Origin: Thermoproteota archaeon
GTDB lineage: Archaea; Korarchaeota; Korarchaeia; Korarchaeales; Korarchaeaceae
Assembly (NCBI GenBank): GCA_027491435.1
Contig: JAOZFG010000016.1
Coordinates: 1 to 23,965 of the forward strand
Length of the DNA: 23,965 nt
Direction of reading: 5' to 3'
The translations under genes were made by a program, and so were the position numbers. Shown one piece after another: positions 17,065-23,965 of this stretch. The stretch's first letter is position 1, and each line of letters starts with the position of its first letter. The notes below the pieces were generated by a model. The model was given only the letters and a program-made list of their open reading frames with translations. It did not search any database and was not told the DNA's origin.

Positions 17065-17471
17065 AAAACTAAGATGAGCCTTAGTATGGTTTCTCTACGC
17101 TTTAATGACCTAATTACGCTTCTAGGAATGTCCCTAGCCGATGCTTCAGCTTTCACTAGGATCGTCCTATCATCCACGTAGGTGGACTTCCTTATCACGG
17201 CGTCCACTCGATTAGTGAGCTTAAGCTCCCTGTGACCCATTGCCCTGAACTTGAAGGAGCCGGCGAAGGTCACCAGTTCAACCTCAACCTCTCCTCCCTC
17301 CAGCAGGTGCCTTCTCAGGTCTTGAGAGAGGTCCGCGGCCGACTTGTTGGCCCTGACCCCTATTACGCAGTCAGCCCTCCTCGTTATCTCCCCGTCCTTG
17401 GTGACCTGCATGGTCGTCCTATGCCTGGCGCTTATGTTCTCGTGACCATAAGCTAATATTATCTCCTCCAT
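17061..17471 (-). CDS. DUF371 family protein
   Basis: AYGHENISARHRTT, RADCVIGVRA and VIRKSTYVDDRT. Start reassigned to ATG 17471. Confidence 0.88.
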   Translation of the reverse strand: MEEIILAYGHENISARHRTTMQVTKDGEITRRADCVIGVRANKSAADLSQDLRRHLLEGGEVEVELVTFAGSFKFRAMGHRELKLTNRVDAVIRKSTYVDDRTILVKAEASARDIPRSVIRSLKRRETILRLILVF

Positions 17472-17484
17472 CGCTAAAATCTGA

Positions 17485-18156
17485 ATGGACCCACATAAAA
17501 TAATGGTGGAAAGGCTTGTAAGCATGGGCATAATAAAGAGTGAAGAGGTCAGGAGGGCAGCCGAGGCGGTGCCCAGGGAACTGTTCGTCCCCCCTGAGTA
17601 CAGAGATCAGGCCTATGAAGATAGGCCCTTGCCTATAGGTGAGGGCCAGACGATAAGCGCTCCCCACATGGTCTTCCTCATGGACGAGCTCCTAGACCTC
17701 AAGCCCGGTCTGCTCGTACTGGAAGTCGGGGCGGGCAGCGGTTATCAAGCTGCCACCATAGCTGAAATAGTGGCTCCCAAGGACAGGCCCGACGATTGGG
17801 GGCACGTGATATCTGCTGAGATAAACCCCTTCCTATCATCTCTAGCCTTCGAGAACCTGAAGGCGGCCGGGTACTCAGACAGGGTCTCCGTCCTAAACAT
17901 AGACGGAAGTGAGGGCTTCCCCATAAGGAGGAAGGCCGACAGGATCTTGGTCACGGCCGCGGCCCCCTCCATACCTGAACCCCTGCTCAATCAGTTGGCC
18001 GAGGGCGGGAGGATGGTAATACCCGTTGGCCCCGTCAGGGGGTTCCTCTTCGGGCAGGACCTCCTCCTAGTGGTTAAGTCTGAAGAAGGGATCAAAGTTG
18101 AGAAGGTGATAGACGTGGCCTTCGTCCCGCTCAGGGGGAAGTACGGATGGAGCTGA
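17485..18156 (+). CDS. pcm: Protein-L-isoaspartate O-methyltransferase
   Basis: VPRELFVP, AYEDRPLPIGEGQTISAPHM, VLEVGAGSGY, DRILVTAA and FVPL. Confidence 0.96.
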   Translation: MDPHKIMVERLVSMGIIKSEEVRRAAEAVPRELFVPPEYRDQAYEDRPLPIGEGQTISAPHMVFLMDELLDLKPGLLVLEVGAGSGYQAATIAEIVAPKDRPDDWGHVISAEINPFLSSLAFENLKAAGYSDRVSVLNIDGSEGFPIRRKADRILVTAAAPSIPEPLLNQLAEGGRMVIPVGPVRGFLFGQDLLLVVKSEEGIKVEKVIDVAFVPLRGKYGWS

Positions 18157-18731
18157 TATATAGAGGAGCCGAGGCTGAGATCTACAAGTCCCACTTCATG
18201 GGAATGCCCGTGATCATAAAGAGGAGAATTCCTAAGGGATACAGGATTCCAGAGTTGGACAAAGAGCTCAGGGAGAGGAGGACCAGGAAGGAAGCGAGGC
18301 TCATAGCCAAGGCCAGGAGGGGAGGAGTTCCCGTTCCAGCTGTGCTGGACGTCTGGAAGGATTCCTTGATGCTGGAGTACGTCGAAGGAACCCCGCTTCA
18401 CAGGAGGCCGGAGTTGAACTTGTTTGAGGAGCTCGGCAGAGTGATTCTCAGGCTTCACAAGGCTGGAATATCACACAACGATTTAAGCCTCTCTAACGTG
18501 CTAGTCACGGGTAAGGGGATCTGTCTAATAGATTTCGGGCTTGCTGAGGCTTCTAGAAGCGTTGAAGACTTTGCAGTTGACCTGTACGTCCTAAAGAGGT
18601 CGATAAAATCCTTGGTTGAAGGCTGGGAGTCAGCTTGGAAGGCCTTTTTGGACGGCTACACGGCGGACGAACTGGCCGACAAGGTTGTTAAAAGGTTGGC
18701 TGAGGTCGAGTCTAGGGGGAGGTACAAGTGA
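18147..18731 (+). CDS. bud32: KEOPS kinase Bud32
   Basis: RGAEA, KRRIPKGYRIPELD..LR..RT..EAR, HNDLSLSN, IDFGL, AVDLYVL and a C-terminal RGRY. Confidence 0.95.
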   Translation: MELIYRGAEAEIYKSHFMGMPVIIKRRIPKGYRIPELDKELRERRTRKEARLIAKARRGGVPVPAVLDVWKDSLMLEYVEGTPLHRRPELNLFEELGRVILRLHKAGISHNDLSLSNVLVTGKGICLIDFGLAEASRSVEDFAVDLYVLKRSIKSLVEGWESAWKAFLDGYTADELADKVVKRLAEVESRGRYK

Positions 18732-19276
18732 AGGTCAGGTTCGTCACCTCTAACGAGCACAAGTTCCAGGAGGTGAAGAGGATGCTCTCCAGGGTGGCAG
18801 AAGTCATTTGGGTGAACATAGAGTACCCAGAGGTTCAAGCAGCCTCACTGGAGGAGGTGGCCACGTTCTCGGCTAGGTGGCTAGAGGACAAGGTGGAGAG
18901 GCCCTTCTTTCTGGAGGACTCAGGCCTGTTCATAGAGGCCCTAAACGGATTTCCAGGCCCCTTCTCCTCATACGTATTCAGGACCATAGGGAATGAGGGC
19001 ATCCTCAAGCTCATGCAGGGGGTCAGCCATAGGAGGGCTACCTTCAAATCAGTTATAGCCTTGATGGATCGAGAGCTCCACTTGTTCGTCGGTTCATCTC
19101 CAGGAGAGATAGCCGAGGAGATAAGGGGTGGAGGATGGGGCTTTGACCCCATATTCATTCCCGATGGTTCTAACGGACTCACGTTTGGCGAACTAGGCGA
19201 GAGAAAGGACGAGTTCTCCCATAGGGGCAGGTCGGTAAGGGAGCTCCTGAACTACCTAGTCCGACGGAACAGTTAA
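18728..19276 (+). CDS. rdgB: XTP/dITP diphosphatase (RdgB/HAM1)
   Basis: [31 protein letters not shown] and SHRG. Confidence 0.95.
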   Translation: MKVRFVTSNEHKFQEVKRMLSRVAEVIWVNIEYPEVQAASLEEVATFSARWLEDKVERPFFLEDSGLFIEALNGFPGPFSSYVFRTIGNEGILKLMQGVSHRRATFKSVIALMDRELHLFVGSSPGEIAEEIRGGGWGFDPIFIPDGSNGLTFGELGERKDEFSHRGRSVRELLNYLVRRNS

Positions 19277-19313
19277 AAACGATGTAACCCCTCTCCTAGG
19301 CGAAGGTGTCGGT

Positions 19314-19769
19314 ATGGCTAGGATGCACAGCAGGAAGAGGGGTAAGTCCGAGTCGACCAGGCCTCCCCGGGAGACCGACTTGAGCTGGGTGCCCCTCAGC
19401 AAAGAGGAGATAGTGGATCTAGTGGTTAAGCTGGGCAAGAGGGGCATACCTCCGAGCCAGATAGGTATGATCCTCAGGGATGAGTACGGCGTCCCTTTGG
19501 TCAAGAGGGTAGTCGGCAAGAAGATCACAGAAATACTCGATGAGCACGGGGTAGCTCCTCCCCTGCCTGAAGACCTGCTCTCCCTAATAACCAAGGCCTA
19601 CAAGATAAGGAAGCACCTGGAAGTTCACAGGAAGGACTTCCACGCCAAGAGAGGGCTTATACTCACCGAGTCAAAGATAGGTAGGTTGGTTAAGTACTAC
19701 AAGAGGGTAGGCAAGCTGCCTCCTGACTGGAGGTACTCTCCGGAGATAGCAGAGTTGTATGCGGCTTAA
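19314..19769 (+). CDS. rps15: 30S ribosomal protein S15 (uS15)
   Basis: [25 protein letters not shown] and [12 protein letters not shown]. Confidence 0.97.
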   Translation: MARMHSRKRGKSESTRPPRETDLSWVPLSKEEIVDLVVKLGKRGIPPSQIGMILRDEYGVPLVKRVVGKKITEILDEHGVAPPLPEDLLSLITKAYKIRKHLEVHRKDFHAKRGLILTESKIGRLVKYYKRVGKLPPDWRYSPEIAELYAA

Positions 19770-21120
19770 GAGGTTAGGTAACAGGGCCTCTCAGCTGGAC
19801 GAACTTGTGGAGAACTTTGCTGAGGCCCTGTACAACTCTTTATCTGGACCAGTCAGGTTGGTATCCCACCTAGATGCTGACGGGCTTAGCTCGGCTGGCG
19901 TCATGATAAGGCTCCTAAGCAGGTTGAACGTCCCCTATCACCTTTCAGTGGAGAAGTACCTTAGTCCCGAACTGGTAGAGAAGCTGTCCAGCGAGAGCTA
20001 CGAAGTCTACATATTCACTGATATGGGGTCAGGCGAATTAAACCTCCTGTCCTCTCTCAAGGGAAAGACCTTCGTCATAGATCATCACAACATCGCTGGG
20101 GGCGTCGGTAACGTGCACCTGCTAAACCCCTTCTTATCAGGTTTGGACGGGGATGTCGAAGTTAGCGGGGCTGGCACTGCCTTCCTGCTATACTACGAGA
20201 TGTTTGAAGACTTGGAACCTGTAGTCCAGGCGATAACCGGGGCCCTAGGCGACTTGCAGGACAGGAACGAGTTTAAAGGTCTTAACAAGGAGCTCGTCGA
20301 GTTGGCGATCAAGGAGGGGATCTTAGAGATTAGAAAGGACATAAGGCTCTTTGGGGGACCTGACTATCCGCTGGTCTCAGCCCTGGAGAGGACCACAGAC
20401 CCCTACCTTGAGGGAATTTCCGACAACTCGTCAGGGGCCCTTAAGCTGGTTGAATCTTTAGGCATCCCAGTGAAGATAGGGGACAGGTGGGTTACCCTAT
20501 CAGACCTAACTGAGGATCAGAAGAGGGACCTGCTTAACGAGCTGGTTAAGAGGGCCGGTGGTCTGGAAGAAGCCAAAAATCTAGTAGGTCCGGTCTACCT
20601 AAACCTGGGAGAGCCCCCAGACTCCCCACTTAGGGAGTTGAGGAGCTTTTCCACTTTGCTCAACGCCTGTGGTAGGATGGGGAAGGGCTTCTTGGGAGCC
20701 CTTCTGTCTGCTGGCTTCAGGGGAAAGGTCTTGGAAGAGGCTTTAGAGACGCTCAAGGAGTACCGCAGGGAGCTATCTGAGACCGTCAAGAGGGTTAAGG
20801 AGAACTTGAGGAGGGAGGGTAACGTGGTCTTCATAGATGAAGGGGAGGTGAAGGACACCATAATAGGGACCGTCGCCTCAATACTCTCAAATGAGGTCGA
20901 GGCGGACCTCATAGTTGGATACGCCAAGACCGACGGGGGCATGCTCAAGGTCTCGGCCAGGCTGGTAAAGAAAGGATCCGTGGACCTAAGCGATCTGCTG
21001 AAGAAAGCATCGGAAAGCGTTGGTGGCGTTGGAGGGGGGCACAAGAACGCGGCTGGAGCTCAAATACCTGAAGAGGGGAAGAGGAAGTTTGAGGAAACCC
21101 TTCTCAAGTTCTTATCCTAG
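19759..21120 (+). CDS. RecJ-like DHH/DHHA1 nuclease (GAN/Cdc45-like)
   Basis: SHLDADG, FTDMGS, IDHH, GALGD, LLNACGR and GGGHKNAAG, in the conserved position after rps15. Confidence 0.9.
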   Translation: MRLKRLGNRASQLDELVENFAEALYNSLSGPVRLVSHLDADGLSSAGVMIRLLSRLNVPYHLSVEKYLSPELVEKLSSESYEVYIFTDMGSGELNLLSSLKGKTFVIDHHNIAGGVGNVHLLNPFLSGLDGDVEVSGAGTAFLLYYEMFEDLEPVVQAITGALGDLQDRNEFKGLNKELVELAIKEGILEIRKDIRLFGGPDYPLVSALERTTDPYLEGISDNSSGALKLVESLGIPVKIGDRWVTLSDLTEDQKRDLLNELVKRAGGLEEAKNLVGPVYLNLGEPPDSPLRELRSFSTLLNACGRMGKGFLGALLSAGFRGKVLEEALETLKEYRRELSETVKRVKENLRREGNVVFIDEGEVKDTIIGTVASILSNEVEADLIVGYAKTDGGMLKVSARLVKKGSVDLSDLLKKASESVGGVGGGHKNAAGAQIPEEGKRKFEETLLKFLS

Positions 21121-21452
21121 CTGGTCCCAGTTAGCATCCTGTTCAACGTCTGCCTGAGGTCCTCTTCCTTCTTCTCCAGGGATTCCATGCTCTTCTCTAA
21201 GAACTCCTTCATTCCCTTGAGCTCCAGGATCACGTCCTCCTTATCCCTCTCAACGAAGACAGCTCCGGCCCTCTCAAACACCTTATCCCCCTCATATTTA
21301 TCCAGCCTAGTCAAGGCCTCCTTTATACTCTCCAGCTGTGCTGCTAGAGAAGACTTCTGAGTTATCACCTGTTGAAGCTCGTTAACCAGCTCTTCCGCTT
21401 TGGCCTTAAGGTATTCATCCGACATAGGGATCACCAGACTATCGCCCTCCAT
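21117..21452 (-). CDS. pfdB: Prefoldin beta subunit
   Basis: Coiled coil, beta hairpin (KVFERAGAVFVE), coiled coil; about 110 aa. Confidence 0.8.
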   Translation of the reverse strand: MEGDSLVIPMSDEYLKAKAEELVNELQQVITQKSSLAAQLESIKEALTRLDKYEGDKVFERAGAVFVERDKEDVILELKGMKEFLEKSMESLEKKEEDLRQTLNRMLTGTS

Positions 21453-21471
21453 TATTATTTATTTCCTCGTG

Positions 21472-21481
21472 TGACAGCACT
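21472..21481. repeat. Solo IS6-like terminal repeat fragment TGACAGCACT
   Basis: Reverse complement AGTGCTGTCA matches the ends at 21491, 21960 and 23495. Confidence 0.5.
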
Positions 21482-21490
21482 CAACCAAGA

Positions 21491-21960
21491 AGTGTTGTCA
21501 ACTCTTCCGAGCGAGTGGTATATCTCATATGAGAGGACAAGCCTCCTTCACCTTATTGTAAGAGTTTTCGCCGTTAGATTGGGCAGAGCTGACCTCTTAG
21601 AGGCATGTTAATGCCGGTTTTAACTGTCCTCTCCCAACCTTCCTGGGATCCTATGACTTAACTCCTAGCTCATTTAGCCAGATCAAGATCTCTGGGTTCA
21701 GCGCCACTAAGTAAATCTTCACTGGGTTTACCGGCGTTTCATCTGCAGAACTACTCTCACTCTAACGTCATGGCTCGCCCTAACTCAACCGTACCTTCCC
21801 TACTTAATAGCTCATTAACTTTACAAGGCGAAACCAGCTGACACGCCTAAGGCCGAGATCAAAAAAGAAAGGACATAAGTGCAGGGACTCCCAACGGAGT
21901 TGGGTTTCCTTTACATGAAGTCATCAGCCCCCTTATAACAAGCCTTAAGCTGACAACACC
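21491..21960 (-). mobile_element. Internally deleted, decayed IS6-family element (~470 bp, MITE-like)
   Basis: Terminal inverted repeats AGTGTTGTCAACT (21491-21503) and AGCTGACAACACC (21948-21960). Minus-strand fragment DETPVNPVKIYLVALNPE (~21690-21743) aligns with DETVVNFAVRFTGVALDPE of the second remnant. Confidence 0.7.
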
Positions 21961-22003
21961 AATTAAAGCTCGGCGTTACCTTGGATAATGAGGTATAGAA
22001 ACC

Positions 22004-22417
22004 ATGAGGGATGAAGCGGGAAGGTGGTTCTCTGAGGCTGAGTGGAACCTAGAGACTGCCAGGATACTACATGAGAGGGGCAGATACAATGCTGCCTGTT
22101 TTTACGCTCATCAGGCTGCCGAGATGGCTGTTAAAGCCCTTCTCATAAGTAGGAACGAGTCACCTTGGGGTCATGGGGTAAGAGCATTGCTCGAGAGGTA
22201 CTCAAAAATTAGTGGAGAGGAGGTATCTCACCTCTTAACTCACGCCAGGGAGTTAGATAGGCATTACATCCCTTCTAGATACCCCAATGCTCACCCCTAT
22301 GGAACGCCTCATGAGGCTTATGACGAACCAACTTCTGCCAAGGCAATAGAGAGCGCGGAATTAATATTGAGGTATGTGGAGGAGAGGCTCTATGGACCTG
22401 AACAAACTAGTAGATGA
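22004..22417 (+). CDS. HEPN domain protein (HEPN-MNT module)
   Basis: W...AE..LE.A, ACFYAHQAAEMAVKA, WGHGV and LDRHYIPSRYPNA. Confidence 0.92.
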   Translation: MRDEAGRWFSEAEWNLETARILHERGRYNAACFYAHQAAEMAVKALLISRNESPWGHGVRALLERYSKISGEEVSHLLTHARELDRHYIPSRYPNAHPYGTPHEAYDEPTSAKAIESAELILRYVEERLYGPEQTSR

Positions 22418-22790
22418 GATAAGGAGGAGGTACAAAGTATATGCAATAATACTCTTCGGCTCTAGGGCTAGAGGGGATTGGCTTCCCCATAGCGACTACG
22501 ATCTACTTGTCGTAGCCAACTTCAAGAAACCATTCCTCGATAGGATTTACGAACTATCAGGATTGACAGAAAGTTACGTAGAGTTTCATCCCTATACCCT
22601 GAGTGAAGTCAAGGAATTGTTAAAGAAGGGCGTACCGTCGATCGTGGACGCTCTTGAGGAAGGCTTAATTCTATACGAGGAAGAGGGGTTTGAGGAAGTG
22701 AAGGAGCTTTTCAAGGAGATGAAGAAGAAAGGGCTCAGAAGGAGTAATGTTACGATCATATTGCCTAGAAGCGATGAATTTTCTAACTAA
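22392..22790 (+). CDS. Minimal nucleotidyltransferase (MNT)
   Basis: LFGSRARGD...SDYDLLVV (GS-x10-DxD). Overlaps the HEPN 3' end; ATG at 22392. Confidence 0.92.
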   Translation: MDLNKLVDEIRRRYKVYAIILFGSRARGDWLPHSDYDLLVVANFKKPFLDRIYELSGLTESYVEFHPYTLSEVKELLKKGVPSIVDALEEGLILYEEEGFEEVKELFKEMKKKGLRRSNVTIILPRSDEFSN

Positions 22791-22963
22791 TATTCAATTT
22801 AATTTTAATAATTCCACCAATAAGGAGCGTGCTTTTTGACCTACCGCCTTAAGGATGTCTCTCATGGCGTGAGCTCAGAAGTATTCTCATCATTTATCAT
22901 AAAGCTTTTGGTTCCTCGTTGAGGTCAGCCTCAGAAAGGAGAAGAAAGGGACGAAGTTCTGGA

Positions 22964-23389
22964 TCATCTCTCAAGCTCCAGAAGAGCCCCCCTCTCCATT
23001 GCAATGGCATCACGGTTGTCGGTACACAGAGATTCTTCTGAAGGTCCGTAAGTTTCGTCAACGACGTTAAGCAATATGAGTTTCCTAAGTAGCCAGGACA
23101 GACAGTCATCAGGGTCTTTACACATTTTGACGACAGCCCATCGGTCACCTTTAAGCTCTTTAAGCTTAGAAATTTCCCTTATACCCGTCACACAGGCTAA
23201 CATCTCGTACTTAAAATACTTGGATATAGACTTACCGGCCTTAAGGGCCCTGCACGCCCTATGGGCTGCTAACACTAAGTGCCTTCTTGAGGTTAATAGC
23301 TCAGCGGGTACCGATGATACGTCAGACTCGTTTACTGGCTCTTTAGCCCATACAACAACAAAGTATGAGCAAGGGGTTCTGAACAACAT
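22964..23389 (-). CDS. cgi121: KEOPS subunit Cgi121
   Basis: HLVLAAHRACRA..GKSIS...EML..VTG.REIS and C-terminal ERGALLEL match the Cgi121 pattern. Confidence 0.75.
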   Translation of the reverse strand: MLFRTPCSYFVVVWAKEPVNESDVSSVPAELLTSRRHLVLAAHRACRALKAGKSISKYFKYEMLACVTGIREISKLKELKGDRWAVVKMCKDPDDCLSWLLRKLILLNVVDETYGPSEESLCTDNRDAIAMERGALLELER

Positions 23390-23494
23390 CGACTATTGGG
23401 GGCGAGTCGGAAAAATTAAGCATTCCGGAGTCTCAGTGGATCACAGCGCGCCTGTACAAGATGAGCAAGAGAATTACTGAAATTGCCAGGATAA

Positions 23495-23965
23495 GGTGCT
23501 GTCAACTTAAAGCCACCTCCACGCTTTGCTCGCCAGCATGGGCATTTTCAGCCATCAGGCCGATACGAGGTACTGGCTCTCTTGAGGGTCATGTGGCTGA
23601 CGAAGTTTAGAGGACATGAACCGAAGCCTTCCTAGCCGTTAGCAGGTAACGCTTGCTGGGGAAGTAGACTCGAATCCCCTAAGCCTGTCTTATGGCCTAT
23701 GACCTTAACGTAGCTCCTCTCGCCACCGCTCATCATGTATCTAAGGCAAGGGAGGCTGCAGCACGCCTGTACCACCTCCGTTCGTGATGACCGCTGACGC
23801 CCCTCCCCCTTGACCTTCTTAGAAGGCCCTGGCATCATCCCAGCTCCTTCCTTCGGTAAGCTCAAGCTAGAAAGCCTGTCTCAGGGTCCAGCGCCACCCC
23901 AGTAAACCTTACAGCGAAGTTCACAACTGTCTCGTCCACGACAGCCACTCCCTTGCTTTTAACAG
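23495..23965 (-). mobile_element. Degraded IS6-family insertion sequence (one end; continues beyond the window)
   Basis: Terminal repeat GGTGCTGTCAACTT at 23495-23508 with IS6-type GG..CTGT start, plus transposase fragments on the minus strand. Confidence 0.8.
23572..23965 (-). pseudogene. IS6-family DDE transposase pseudogene (multiple frameshifts and stops)
   Basis: Collinear fragments across frames: AVVDETVV, VALDPET, ELTEGRSWDDARAF, AVITNGG, WYRRA, GGERSYV, DRLRGF, VYFPS and NFVSHMTLKR. These follow the order of archaeal IS6 transposase motifs. Confidence 0.8.

Noticed and set aside
17472-17531. N-terminal extension of the DUF371 ORF
   Set aside because: Overlaps pcm antisense; the family start fits MEEIILAYGH at 17471.
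21372-21611. 79-aa plus-strand ORF
   Set aside because: Overlaps pfdB antisense and the IS remnant; no motifs.
22875-22893. Possible C/D box sRNA on the minus strand (ATGATGA-N8-CTGA)
   Set aside because: Only one box pair, an 8-nt guide, no second C'/D' pair and no terminal stem.
23784-23797. GTGATGA-CCG-CTGA box C/D-like motif
   Set aside because: Lies antisense within the transposase remnant (AVITN codons) and has no guide region.
23632-23865. 77-aa minus-strand ORF as a functional gene
   Set aside because: Chimeric frame crossing frameshifted transposase fragments; only GGERSYV is in the ancestral frame.
1-23965. CRISPR array, rRNA, provirus/integrase, and the many short antisense ORFs in the track
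   Set aside because: No regularly spaced repeats, rRNA-like sequence, integrase or duplicated tRNA 3' end was seen. The short ORFs are shadows of well-supported genes.

Overview
Gene-dense chromosomal window from a thermophilic archaeon. PolD DP1 together with a D-loop tRNA intron and a crenarchaeal-type ValRS suggests a TACK lineage, possibly Korarchaeota (inference only). Most of the content is housekeeping: ECF transporter A/T, cdc6/orc1 with a candidate replication origin upstream, PolD DP1, DUF429, valS, DUF99, GGGP synthase, divergent sucC/sucD, rpl40e (missing from the ORF track), Zn-ribbon/EF-1beta, FEN1, a GT4 glycosyltransferase, pth2, truD, DUF371, pcm, bud32, rdgB, rps15, a RecJ/GAN-like DHH protein, pfdB and cgi121. 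There are four tRNA genes: Ser-CGA with an 18-nt intron at position 18/19, Gln-CTG, Lys-CTT and Arg-GCG. The right end is accessory: a HEPN-MNT pair plus cgi121 lie between two degraded, directly oriented IS6-family remnants. The most striking observation is an intact tRNA-Arg(GCG) gene lying on the same strand inside the 5' end of the reading frame of a predicted membrane-anchored regulator (signal peptide, CWB2-like region, TM helix, wHTH). The only start codon with a Shine-Dalgarno site lies 6 nt upstream of the tRNA, so the tRNA sequence would encode the protein's N-terminus. All calls were made by eye; no searches were run.
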